A stretch of DNA of 64,000 bases from contig NC_042998.1 of the NCBI RefSeq assembly GCF_006345805.1, forward strand, positions 52,576,001 through 52,640,000. Reading direction: 5' to 3'. The stretch is from Octopus sinensis. Its lineage: Eukaryota. Both the position numbers and the translations under genes were made by a program. The notes beneath the pieces are model-generated. The model was given only the letters and a program-made list of their open reading frames with translations, was not told the DNA's origin and made no database searches. Of the stretch, positions 25,978 through 38,370 are shown piece after piece (within the stretch, counting starts at the first letter, position 1; the number at the start of each line of letters is the position of its first letter).

Positions 25978-26264
25978 GTATATATATATACATATATACA
26001 CACATTGTGGTTGTCTACTCCTTATACAGAGTCTGACCACCTCATTTATTAGCACATTAGATCCATCATGGCATCTGACATGGCTTTTTAAACTAGACAA
26101 TGTGTTGAAAAGACATCCACATAGATTTTATATCTGATTTGAACCACTAAGAGCAGTAGTTGCCTCTTTTAAGGCCTCCATTAGATTTGCAGACTTTATG
26201 GCATAAACAGCATTGAAAAGTGTGCACAGATATATCGGTAGAGTAGTTATTGGAGTTTCACTTT

Positions 26265-26730
26265 CCATGGGTCCATAAATGAGATTTGAGCCTAGCAAAA
26301 GAAAGGCACTGTCTATCACAAACTGTACACACCAAAAGGTCGCTGAGATTCACCTTCTCACTGATCACAACAATCTTCTTTGAATCTCTTTTGAGTCTTG
26401 CATGTATCATCCTGGCCTCCTCAAAAGCTTTTACTCCACTCCATACTTTTGTTTACCATCCAGCTCGATCTGAAGCAAAGTTTTCTGTGGCCTCTGGATC
26501 CATTCCAAGCGACTTCATGGTAGTCCTTATGCTGTCCTTAAATCTCTTTATAGATTTACACCGATTGCATTTCCTCTCTGCAAGCTCACCATAAAAGAGC
26601 TGTTTGCGTGTGCATTATCTGCCATTTGAACAATGTGGCCAGACCATCTCATCTGATTATTCAGAATAATTGGTTTAATTGAAGTGATTCCTGCAGACAT
26701 AAAGACATCTGTGTCTGGAGAAAAAAAGTC
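26265..26730 (-). mobile_element. Decayed RTE (BovB-like) LINE C-terminus with C2H2-like finger
   Basis: Minus strand gives NQMRWSGHIVQMAD..QLFYGELAERK..KRFKDSIRTTMKSLG..DRAGW..VCTVCDRQCLSFARLKSH. Confidence 0.8.
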
Positions 26731-26819
26731 CCATTTAATGTTTAAAATGCAGTGAGGGCATTTTTAGTGGAATTGTTCTAACAATTTGAAATGTTGTACA
26801 TATATATATATATATATAT

Positions 26820-27026
26820 ATTATTTGTTTCAGTCATTTGACTGTGGCCATGCTGGAACACTGCCTTTAGTCGAACAAATCAACCACAGGACTTATTCTT
26901 TGTAAGCCTAGTACTTATTCTATTGGTGTCGTTTGCCAAACCACTAAGTTTTGGGGACATAAACACACCAGCATCGGTTGTCAAGTGATCGTGGGGGAAC
27001 AAACACAAACACAAAAGCACACACAC

Positions 27027-27061
<35 letters not shown>

Positions 27062-27250
27062 CATATATATATATATCTATATACGCAACAGGCTTCTTTC
27101 AGTTTCCATCTACCAAATCCATTCACAAAACTTTGGTCAGCCTGAAGCTATAGCAGAAAACACTTGCCAAAAGTGCCATGCAGTAGGACTGAACTCAGAA
27201 CCATGTGGTTGAGAAGCAATCTTCATACCACACAACCATTCCTGCACCTA
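26820..27250 (-). mobile_element. Full-length family B SINE
   Basis: Reverse of the 51873-52280 pattern with an internal (TA)n linker. Confidence 0.85.
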
Positions 27251-27274
27251 TATATATATATAACTTTCACAGGC

Positions 27275-27412
27275 ATGATGGTGGACGGGGAATGTTAGTA
27301 GTTATTTAGCTGGTGGACTTTGGCTGATGAGAAATCACGCGTCTGGGTGGCGCTAAATTTTGAAACCAGTACCAAGTTGACCAGCATTTGCTTGTTCTGA
27401 CCCATTTGAGGT
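27275..27412 (+). promoter_or_regulatory. Candidate promoter and first (5' UTR) exon ending at a strong donor
   Basis: Unique sequence retaining CpGs (ggacgggg, cacgcgtc, ggcgct) in a CpG-poor window; donor TTTGAG|GTAAGA with GT at 27411-27412. Confidence 0.4.
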
Positions 27413-28549
27413 AAGACATTATTATTGTTCATTGATTTTTTTTCTATCTTGCCTGTAATAGATTTGTGATTTTTCGGTGGTACAGAAGTATTTTTTGACT
27501 TCTATCATTGGCGATATAGGTACTCATGTAGTACACTTGCGTATATATGTACATATCTAATATTGTATGTATATATTTTATTAATTTGCCTTTACAGCTA
27601 ATAATTCGCTTACCACTTGTGATGGTATTTTAATAATACCATCCCATTTTTTTATATATACATATATATATCAACTTGATGGTTGTAGTTATTATATGTC
27701 CGGCTCCTTTTTATCCATTTCGAGGAATATTATTATTATGTTAATGTTAATTATTAAAAAAATAGAAAATTAGAATTTTCTGTTTGTGATTTCCTATAAA
27801 ATGTAGATTATCAGTTCTACACCTGGGCAAGAAATAAAGTTAAGAATTTTGTTTTTTTGACATCGAGGCATGGTTGCTATAACCTCAGATAATTTATTCA
27901 CACACAAATTTATGTATGCATGCCTCTGCGTGTGTGTGTTAGAGAGAAAGAGAGAGAGAGATTATGTGTTCATTAGTTTCTTTCTGTCATCATTATCAGG
28001 TATCTCTTAATGTACTAATTCATGAGTATATATATATATATATATAGATGTAAGTAAAGCAAATAAATGTACATATGTGTGTGTGTGTTAACATTTGCAC
28101 CATTGACTCATTGTCATTTTTTTTATCTGGCTGACATGTGTTAGGTGCACAACAACGCATGCATTTTAATGACACTGTATACATGACATGCACACATACA
28201 AGTATTTACATGTAAATACATACATATGTCTATTATGTATGTGTGCATGAGTGCATCAGTAAAATTGTTCCTCTTCTCTGAAGAGATAGCATAAAGCAAA
28301 ATTTTGTTGACCTGCAGTTTGGAATTTGCACTGAATTGTTTTCTTTCTCATTTAAAATTGTAATAGTTTGTTTGAGGCTTGTATTTTCGCATTTATAATA
28401 TTTACACTATCTTTATACAAATCAACATCTACTACTCCGATTAAATATTTTGGAAAATCTTCAGCATGAGATTTTTAGTATTCAGTTCTATATAACTAAT
28501 GAATTTACTGTCTACAACACAAATGTTAACAAATGTCAACCAAACTACT

Positions 28550-29260
28550 ACTGACTACCTACATACCAGTCTGGTGGAATGAAGCATTAGATCCACTTGG
28601 CATAGGTTGACTAGAAACAAATGGTTACAAAAGCAGCTGTCTCTAGGAAGGAGTGTCAATTTTTTTGATGATATTAGAAAATATGCAAAGAAGCCAAAAG
28701 ATGCCTTCTATGAAAAACCTTTTTTTGTGGGCAGAGTAAAAGAAACAGAACTCATGCAGTGTAGAAAACTGCTGGTCATTCTTAAAAGACAAACTACAGC
28801 AAATCTTCAATCAGCTCTGTGGATGGAACTTAGGTCTAATTAAGCAATAGGCAACATGGTGTTAGAATAGAAAAACAGTTAATATAACTGACAAATGATA
28901 TAGGCAATGAAAAGTGTGAAAGATAGGAAGAATAAAACTTGTTGATAGGTTACAAGGTATAGATGATACGGTGGAAAGGAAAATTGTAAAGTACCTCAAG
29001 CCAATGATTCATGCTTTGAAGATAGCTTATAGAAAAAAAAAAATTCAGATTAAAGTGGGAGGGACAAGAGTAGCAGTTATATGTTGCATTTGAGGTTTAT
29101 GTTGGGTCATGCAAATTAAAAGTAGAAATTCTGGTAAAGAAAGTTCTTGGCAATGACAAAAAAAAAAAAGAAAAAAACAACTAATTTGCATTTGCTAACT
29201 TAGAAAGCTGTTTGATCAGGTCTTTTAATTTCTCATCTGGTTAGAAAAGAAAGTATGACT
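28550..29260 (+). mobile_element. Very decayed LINE RT fragment (RTE-like)
   Basis: tttgcatttgctaacttagaaagctgtttgatcagg resembles the RT motif hAFhDLEKAFDRV; many stops and frameshifts. Confidence 0.4.
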
Positions 29261-29282
29261 GAGATTACTAACTTTGTTTTAA

Positions 29283-29752
29283 GTGAATTGTTCAAGATGT
29301 GTGATTGTGAGAAAAGTGTAAGATTAAACATTAAGCTCATGGAAATACTGATATACAGTTAAGCTTTAGTCTTTTATTCATTTGAGTCATTAAAGCTATT
29401 AGAATAAATTGTCCAATTTTACTGAAATAATTAATTCTGGGACAACCTGTATATGGTATAAGTCTGACATGAAGCCAAATATTTAGCTGCATAAAATAAA
29501 CACTGATTACTAATATAGATAATACTACTAACAGTAGGTACTTACCAAGGACAATAGATCTCAAACTATTCTGATACATACTGGAAATGTTACAAACCTC
29601 TTGTTACTTAGATATGCAGTGAATTGTTCAAGATGTGTGATTGTGACAAAAGTGTATGATTAAACATTAAGCTCATGGAAACACTGATATTCAGCTAGGC
29701 TTTATCTTTAGTCTATTATTCATTTGAGTCATTGAATCTATTAGAATAAATT
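29283..29752 (+). repeat. ~130-bp direct duplication flanking a ~210-bp copy of 33020-33224
   Basis: A at 29283-29410, insert at 29411-29621, A' at 29622-29752. Confidence 0.9.
29546..29580 (-). other. Candidate 35-nt micro-exon (duplicate copy)
   Basis: catttccag|TATGTATCAGAATAGTTTGAGATCTATTGTCCTTG|gtaagtac; only one frame is open (MYQNSLRSIVL). Confidence 0.3.
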
Positions 29753-30242
29753 CAAGACTGGCTCAATAATGGGATTCTTTACATCATCATTTTTTAAGTC
29801 AACTTTTCTATATTTGCATACACCCTGGACAATACATGAAACTGTATTTGATGAAGAGGATCCAGCTTGGAAGGTTCAGGGGTTTTAGGGTTCATGGAAT
29901 TGTTCCTAAGTCATAATTACTCTCAGGTCCTATCTGACCCATAGTAATAGTATCTGCCAAGAGCTCTAGTAACCATTCAAATAGTAGAAGATTCTATGAC
30001 TTGGAGACAGACTAGCCCCTAGACATGTATCATACAGACCCACTAGAGTGTGGACATGCTCTGAACCAGTCCCTCTATATAAGGGTTAACTAGGCTCTTA
30101 AATGTAAGTTTGGAAGAGTTGGAGATTAGCAGAAGCCAATAGAAAACCACTGCTGTATCTTTTACAAGAAAAATCAGGAATCTTCAGATTTTGGTATAAA
30201 AGTTTATGATAGTTATAATTGCTGATGCCTGTAAAACTGACA

Positions 30243-30285
<43 letters not shown>

Positions 30286-30479
30286 GTGAGAGAAATAGAG
30301 AGAGATGAGAAAGAGAGAGAGATGAGTGAGAGAAATAGAGAGAGATGAGAGAGAGACAGAGAGACAGAGACAGACAAACAGACAGATGGGATGGATGGAG
30401 CAGAGTATCTTGCTACTTGTCTTTTGTCTTTGTCTTTATGCAGTTTAGTCTTTTGTGATCAGGTTATGCCACTTCAAAT

Positions 30480-30840
30480 GTTTTCTTCTTCGACAGGTAC
30501 CTTCCATATTTGATTGCTTGGCATTTCTTTACTTCTGCCATCCTTCACACATCTGTACCTGTGCAGTCTTCTCTGATGCACATGACATGTGATTTCTCAG
30601 ATAGTCTGTCAATCATATTTCATTTGTGTTCCGTCTTTCATGAAGACTAACAACATTACACATCCATTACAACATACTTGCTTCACCTCTTTCTAGCCTT
30701 CATCTGCACTCCACCTTCAGTGCCCACGGTTTGCTGTTATGCATCATCATATTTCATAGACAAGCATCACATGAAGGAAGACTGCACTTATTGCCACCAG
30801 GTGTAATAAATCACTGAGCTTTTTCCATCCCAATCTTACT
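30480..30840 (-). mobile_element. Decayed RTE LINE fragment
   Basis: Minus strand starts RLGWKKLSDLL.. and ends ..EGTCRRR, the same family as 33890-34945. Confidence 0.65.
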
Positions 30841-30847
30841 CACAAAC

Positions 30848-31590
30848 GTAGGTGTGGCTGTATGGTAAGAAGCTTACTTCTCAATCACATGGTTCCCAGG
30901 TTCAGTCCCACTGTATGGCACTTTGGGCTAGTATCTTCCACTATAGCCTCAGGTTGATCAAAGCCTTGTGAGTGTTGGTAGACAGAAACTGAAAGAAGCC
31001 CATCATGTATATATATATATATTATAATTTAGGGTATCCATGAGATACCGCCATGCTGAAAATAGCAGCCAAGATCTGACTCTAAAACCACATTAAATGT
31101 TCATACAGCACAAGGAGAGAAGACAAAATAAAACTACTTAGTTTTTTTACTAGTCTTATTTTGTTTTTTGTCTTTTCTCCTTGTGCTGTATGAACATTTA
31201 ATGTGGTTTTAGAGTCAGATCTTGGCTGCTATTTTCAGCATGGCGGTATCTCATAGATACCCTAAATTATAATTTTAAAATAATTATTACCTTTGAAGGT
31301 TTTTATTTCTATGCTGGCCACTTGATAAGATCGTTATTTTATTTAAATTAATGATCTTATCCTTATATATATATATATCTTTGTGTGTGTGTCTTTGTGT
31401 CTGTGTTTACAAGTGGTGTTGGCATGTTTATATCCCTGTAACTTAGTGGTTCAACAAAAGAGGCTAATGGGATAAGTACTAGGCTTAAAAAATAAGTACT
31501 GTGGTCATTTTGTTTGGCTAAAACTCCTCAAAGCAGTGCTCCAGGATGGCCACAATCAAATGACTGAAACAAGTAAAAGAATAAAAGAAA
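30848..31590 (+). mobile_element. Family B SINE whose (TA)n linker carries a ~345-bp fold-back insertion
   Basis: Head 30848-31020, insert 31021-31363, tail 31365-31590. Confidence 0.85.
31021..31273. repeat. Long inverted repeat (98-bp arms, 1 mismatch)
   Basis: 31021-31118 is the reverse complement of 31176-31273 except at one position (tatccatgag vs ctcatagata). Confidence 0.95.
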
Positions 31591-32248
31591 GAATTGAGGC
31601 TACTATCTTTTTGAAACACATTAGCCTCACCTAGGTAGCATAAGCTATCAATGAACAGGAACCCTTCCAGGTATTTGACAGAATCGATTTGTTGTGTTTT
31701 AATATTTAAGTTTTGTTGTTATAGAATCAACTCATGAGACCCATAAATATCTCATGGAATTAATGGTAAACCTATTGGGTTATTTCTGAAAGCCTTATCC
31801 CAAAATCCTGAAAGCGTAGCCTGTGTTGTGTCTGTAAGGAAAGATAGACACTCATCTGTTAATCATTGAAAGGTGAAGAAAATTGGAATACGATGATTAT
31901 TTAATGCACTTTATATATTTTATGCACCATTTTATAGACTTAATACACAGCAATCTCCCTCTTTGCCGTATTCACTCCTTTTTCTTTCACTCTTTGCCTT
32001 CCCTTCATGTAATTACATGAAAGCATAGCAGGTGGGCTAAGTAATGGAGGAAGAAAACTTAGTCCAAAAAAAAAAAAAAAATACCCATTTCACTCACATT
32101 CCTCCTCCCTCCTCTCTCCCCTTTTCACTAATTATGAGGAAGTGTTACCGATGGGCTTAGTAACAGAGGAACAAGCAGAATTATTATAAGACTGAAAAGT
32201 TAATAGAAACAAGAATTTTGACATCAAAATCTTGATCATCAGGATTAA

Positions 32249-32466
32249 ACCTTTAGGGTTTAAACCAGCCATATCTGGCCCAAATATTCTACTTGTTTTA
32301 TATTCAAACCAGGCAGATCTGGTTTTTCACACCTATGCTATAATTTCATTTTAAAAATAAGCAATCACATCATTAAAATCTTGAATCTGTAAGATAATGC
32401 ATGATTCATTTAAAACAGTGTGAATGAATAACCATCACATTTGACAGAATATTGAAGGCTAAAGGG
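32249..32466 (+). mobile_element. piggyBac-like MITE (family E)
   Basis: ttaa|acctttag..ctaaaggg|taaa; internal identity with 44092-44311. Confidence 0.75.
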
Positions 32467-32586
32467 TAAAAGTGATGATCAGCTTTGATCATGTAATCCA
32501 GTAAATAGCCATAGTCAATCTTTAAAATGAGAGTAAGCAGAAAAAATAAGACATAGTTAGTGAATAAAAACAAGTTATACAAAATA

Positions 32587-33058
32587 CAGGGTGTCTCAGA
32601 ATTAAATATTTATTTCAATGAAGTCGGGCAAATTTTAAAAAAGCTAACAGGATTTTATATTTATTACTTAATTATGATACCCAAAACTTTATTGAAAATT
32701 TTCAGCATGTGCTTCATCTGTTTCCCTGCAAATTTCAAATCTATCCTTCGTGTTGTGAAACACATTTTGAAGCATTTCAGGAGTTATCTCCTACACTGCT
32801 AACTGAATGCATTCTCTAAGTTCAGCTAAACGACTGCTTCACCCTGGAGATGGAGGTAGAGAAAATGATTGCAGCTAAATTAGATGAGTAGTAACAAGAA
32901 TGAAAATAAAATTCTGAAAAAAATCTTTTAAATACTAAAGTTATAAACAAAATTTAAAATTTATACACTTTTAATACATATTAAACATGATAAACATAAA
33001 TAGAGTTTTTTTTTAAATTGTCCAATTTCACTGAAATAATTAATTCTGAGACAACCTG
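32587..33058. mobile_element. Tc1/mariner-derived MITE
   Basis: TA|CAGGGTGTCTCAGAATTAA..TTAATTCTGAGACAACCTG|TA; 18/19 TIR match and TA TSD. Confidence 0.85.
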
Positions 33059-33154
33059 TATATGGTATATGTCTGACATGAAGCCAAATATTTAGCTGCA
33101 TAAAATAAACACTGATTACTAATATTGATAATACTACTAAGAGTAGGTACTTAC

Positions 33155-33189
33155 CAAGGACAATAAATCTCAAACTATTCTGATACATA
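33155..33189 (-). other. Candidate 35-nt micro-exon (probable original copy)
   Basis: catttccag|TATGTATCAGAATAGTTTGAGATTTATTGTCCTTG|gtaagtac. Confidence 0.3.
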
Positions 33190-33534
33190 CTGGAAATGTT
33201 ACATACCTCTTGTTACTTGCAGTGTTTAGAACTAGTAACTATTTAACCATTCAGTGACCTAGGTTTGAGGGGAATGGAAGAATTTAGAGATGGAAATTTT
33301 GCATTGAGAAATAGAACCCAAAAGAGTCTTTCCCACAATACACATTAAATACAGATTATATAATGCATGGTTAAGAAATTTAATGTTGTGTAGCCATAAA
33401 ATATGACAGAGGTGTTGCAGTAGATCTGCAGCAATTAGAAATGAATGAAATGATGTTATTATGGTCCATTGGTCGAGCAGGATGAAGTTGGGAAGGAAAA
33501 TATTAAATAACAATGTTTCAAAGCAGTGATATGT

Positions 33535-34945
33535 CATCATCATCATAATTTAATGCCCATTGTCCATGCTGGCATGGGTTAGATGGTTTGACCAGAGCTA
33601 GCAAGCTGCACCAGGCTCCTGTCTGATTTGGCATGGTTTCTATGGCTGGATGCTCTTCCTAACACCAACCACTCTACAGAGTGTACTGGGTGCCTTTATG
33701 TGGTACAGCACAGGTGCTTTTATGTGGTGCTGCACAGGTGCTTTTACATGGCACCGCATAGGTGCATTTATATGGAACCACACAGACACTTTTACATGGT
33801 GCTGCTACGAGTGCTTTTCACAAGAGAGACTGATCTTAACACTTCCAATGTGGAGTTTGGGTTTTCTTGAGTACAGCAAGGCACTGGGCATCTAGGTCCT
33901 TTGTCATCTCATCTGAAAGATTCAGCATCCTGTGGTCATTCCTCTGTACTTCATCCCATGTCTTCGTGGGTCTCCACATGTTCCATCTACTTTGAAAGAT
34001 CAGCACTTTTTTATGGAGTTGTCAGCATCCATTCACATCACATGACCAAACCAGTGAAGCCTTCTCTCTTGCACACAGCAACTAATTCCTCTTATGCCTA
34101 ACTTCTCTCTCAAAACACTAGCACCCTGTCAAACATGTACTCTCACATTACACAGCCAGTAGAACATACTAGCTTCATTCAATTCTAACCTTTGCATGTC
34201 CTCTGCATTCAGAGCCCATGTCTCACTACCATGTAAAATTGCTGTCCGTATACCTGCATCATACAGTTTTCCTTTCCCTTGGAGAGAGAAACTTTTCATG
34301 GCCATCCTATTTTTATTTTAGCTATCACACTCTCCATGCATCCTTCCCCACTACTAATTTGGTCCCCTAGGTAGCAGAAGTTATCTACTATCTGCAATGA
34401 GCCACTAGGGGCATTTGAGAGAATCAATTTCTTGAATCTCTAAAGTTTTATGGATCCTGGGCATCTTCCACATGTGAAAAATATCTTCTCTGATAACCTT
34501 CCCATTAATCCACTGCACCTTTTGTGTGTCCAAAGCTTACTCTGGGTACACTATATGGAGTTCCTGTCTACACCTTTCCTACAAATCGAACAGGGCCACC
34601 AACTTGAGAGTGGGGTAGGGTTCTGTCAGATTTCTTGCTTACTAGGACCTTAATCTTTGCAAAGTAAACCTTAAGGCCTTTAGATTCCAGGTTTTGCTTC
34701 CATGCTTAGAATGTTTTTCTAGTTCTGATATAGAATCTGTTATAAGGGCAAGATCATCAACATATATTAGTTCCTAGGTGTTTCCAGTCCTGAATTCCTG
34801 AAATGACCAGGAAGACAGTGATGAAAAGGAAGGGACTAAGGACTGAGCCTTGATGAGCCCCCTACCTGTACACCAAATTCTCCACTGTACTCGTGGTTAA
34901 CTCTCACCCTACTGTCAGTGCCTTTGTACATGGCTTGATATATAT
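33535..34945 (-). mobile_element. Decayed RTE LINE (RT to C-terminus, ~33890-34945) with family D tail (33535-33815) downstream in the same orientation
   Basis: Minus strand gives YQAMYKGTDSRVRVNHEYSGEFGVQVG.HQGSVLSPFLFI and DDLALITDSISELEK..WKQNLESKGLKV (RT motifs). Confidence 0.85.
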
Positions 34946-35224
34946 CATACACATTAGCTGATGTATGCAGGATAGATAACTAAGTTACATAAAGCAAATG
35001 GATGAGGTATTCTGGGTAAAAAAAAAGCTGTAGAAAGAAGGTACAGATAGAGTGAGAAGAGTAACATAAAATCAGGAAGGATTATTAAGAAAAATCATAC
35101 TGAAGAATGGTGGGATTCTTTGATACAAAGACAAGTTTAAAGATACACGAAAAGACATTGTATTGTAGGCCAGATGAACACATGTCACTTTAGAAAAGGC
35201 AGACTTTAAACAATGATGAGGATG

Positions 35225-35280
<56 letters not shown>

Positions 35281-35799
35281 TGTGTATATATATATATATA
35301 TATATATGTGCGTATATATATATATATATAATATGGAAATGTTATAAAGTTGATTAGACTCTATTTACATAATGGTAGTTTCAACTTAATAATTTTTTTG
35401 ATATATGAAATTAGTCATTCTTATTCTGATTCTTTTCAACTTGGATTTTTCATATGATTCTGCTTGCAGTATCAAGCTCTTTGTATCCATTCTTTGTACT
35501 CCAGTACCATAATTTCATTTTACATATTTACAAATGAATATATGTACGCACACGCAAACATGTATATATTTAAACACTCAGATACATACATAAACATACC
35601 ACAGACTAAAGGCAAAATCAAAAATCTAACACATGTAGATACAGTTGAACGAATGAATTATTCATTTATTTGCATGTGATATCATTCTTTGATAAATTAT
35701 TTCACAGACAAATTGAATGACAGACTAAATGTTATTTATATATTTTAGAATACAACATTAATTACATAAAATCATCGTCAAATACAAGTTAATTATCCA

Positions 35800-35921
35800 T
35801 CCATACATATACATTCATATAAATAGACACACACACTCGCACATATGCTCGTAAAAATATATATACCAAAGTATTCATATATTTATACATGCTCATACAT
35901 ATAGATAATATACATACATTC

Positions 35922-35971
<50 letters not shown>

Positions 35972-36710
35972 GATGTGAAATCATTTATAAATATGCACTT
36001 ATAAACAAGTTCACACATGCATATAGACATACACACATATTGCCAGTGTATATAAAACAAATTTATGAATTGTTAATTCGTTGGAAGCAGTGACATAAGT
36101 TATTCAATTTATCATTAAATGATTTTGTTTTTGATAAAATATTTTGATAATTTTTTGCCCTGCTCAAGTCTTGTCATTTCTTCATGCCAGCAGTTTTCAG
36201 CTGTTTCTTTAACAAGCAGTTTTCATTTCTGCGAGATTGCATTATATGTATACAAACATTTCTATACACACTTACACATAGATACGTATGCACATAGCCA
36301 CACAAACTGTATTCAGTATACATATATATATGCGTGTGTGTGTGTGTCCGAATGTGCATGCATATATGTGTCTGAGTATGTACATAAGCATAATATACAA
36401 TACATTTATATATCTCCATGTATATTCAATGTATGTGTCTTACACACACACACAGAGAAAATGCTTATATATCATGTATACACACATGTGTGTAATATAT
36501 ATATATATATATACCTGTGTGTGTGTATATATATATACATGTATATATATACACACATATTTATATAAACACACATATATATATATATAATTCTATACAC
36601 ATATGGATATGTATAAATAATTATATACACATTTCTGTATGTATATATATACATATATCTTATATTGTAGAATGTTTATGTTATGTTTTCCATGTGTGTG
36701 TTTGTATGTA
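35800..36710. repeat. Degenerate (TA)/(CA)/(TG) low-complexity region
   Basis: Directly visible; explains the ORFs at 36119-36711. Confidence 0.85.
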
Positions 36711-36807
36711 AATGTTTCCAATTAGCAGCAGTGGATGTAAAATGCAAGGATCAACTTGGTAAGTTAGTTCCATTGCCAAAGAACTTTGGTAACTTTAGCT
36801 GAAGTTA

Positions 36808-36905
36808 TCACTCTGCTAAGTATAGGTGACGGCATTTCCCGTGGTTCTTGAGGATGTCGACGATACAGAGGGACTCATCACCATGGTAGCATATTCCAAC
36901 AGTGC
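36808..36905 (-). CDS. Candidate terminal coding exon of an unidentified gene
   Basis: Strong acceptor cttacattttttttctctcttccttctag|G (AG at 36906-36907) followed by unique CpG-containing sequence. Phase 0 gives ALLEYATMVMSPSVSSTSSRTTGNAVTYT*; the alternative gives TVGICYHGDESLCIVDILKNHGKCRHLYLAE*. Confidence 0.35.
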
Positions 36906-36959
36906 CTAGAAGGAAGAGAGAAAAAAAATGTAAGAATTTTAATACTTTAGCAAACTATT

Positions 36960-36991
<32 letters not shown>

Positions 36992-37237
36992 AACTAAGAC
37001 TGGAATTTACTCTATTATTTTTAATATATTTAGCCAGGAATTTCAAATTGTATGTATGGTTTTCTCCTTAAAAATAAAACATCTGCATACATAAAACTGA
37101 GAGCTAGAATATGCAAATGTGCTTCAAGAGGTCACAGCTTGGGTTGTAATCTCTTCTACATATTGTATATATATGTAAGTGTGTGTGTGTGTGTATATGC
37201 ATATGTGTGTGTGTGTGTGTGTATATACACACATATA

Positions 37238-37452
37238 CATGAGGAGGTGCTGAAAAGTTCCTGACTTTGGGTAAAAGAAAATACAGGAGGATCAGTTAAT
37301 TATGATTTTATTCAACATCCCTCTCATATCCACACACTTATTGCAGTGGTCCTTCACTATTTCTAAGCCCTGTAAAAGAACTCAGAAGGCTAGGTTTATA
37401 ACCAGGTCTTTCGTGATACCCTTAAGGTCAGGAATTTTTCAGCACCTCCTTG
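37238..37452. mobile_element. Mariner-type MITE
   Basis: TIRs ggaggtgctgaaaagttcctgac / gtcaggaatttttcagcacctcc; TA flanks. Confidence 0.85.
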
Positions 37453-37994
37453 TATATATTGAATGTGTGTGTGTGTGTATATGAACATGATTAAATATTT
37501 GATTCAAGTTTTCAGGTGAATGGTGTTCTGGACATGTCTTGATCTGTTGTGTACAGTTGATAAATAAAAAAAGAAAAAAGGAGCTGACTTAAATATTCTT
37601 GATAGGAACTTAGTAAAAAGGTAAAAATATGGAGACAAATACTTAGATGTAAAGTTTAAGCACTGTAAAATGACAAAGCTTATTATCCTCTGAAATAATA
37701 ACCCAGTGGTTAGAACAACAGGTCTAGTTAGTAAAAATATAGGTTCTACCCTCTGATACATATCATTTGAAGATAATTGAAGAAAGATTTCAGATTGAAT
37801 ATCATGCAAGTAACAAGTCCAAGATGAAGAAAATACAGAGAAAAACATCAATATTAACTGATTGAAAAAAATACAACACAATTGTTAATGCATTCTATTG
37901 TTAGGGATTTCAATGTTTATGTGTGTGTGTGTCTATATACATAAAAAAAAAAACTTGTATATACACACATGTGTGAATATATGTATCTTTTATC

Positions 37995-38370
37995 ATTTAC
38001 TTGCATCAGTCATTAGACTGTGGCCATGCTGGTGCACCGCCTTGAATTTTTAGTCGAATGAATTGAACACAGTTCTTTTTTGTTTCTGAAGTCTGGTACT
38101 TATTCTATCAGTCTCTTTTGCTGAACTGCAAAGTTATGGGGATGCAAACACACCAACACTGGTTGTTAAGCAGTGGTGGTGGAAAAAATAGACACAAAGA
38201 CACATACATAAATATATGTATATATACATACATACATGATGGACTTCTTTCAATTTATGTCTACCTAATCCACCCACAAGGCTTTGGTTACCCAAGGTCC
38301 CACATACTGAGACTGAACCCAGAACCATGTGGCTGGGAAGCTAATTTCTTACCATACAGCCATGCCAGCA
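37995..38370 (-). mobile_element. Family B SINE
   Basis: cagtcattagactgtggccatgctgg..cccagaaccatgtgg..cttaccatacagccatgcc. Confidence 0.8.

Noticed and set aside
31148-31363. Hammerhead motif in the fold-back insert
   Set aside because: Small hairpins are present but there is no CUGANGA/GAAA arrangement on either strand.
32004-32021. Perfect 18-bp palindrome ttcatgtaattacatgaa
   Set aside because: A single short AT-rich palindrome in 64 kb is not enough to claim function.
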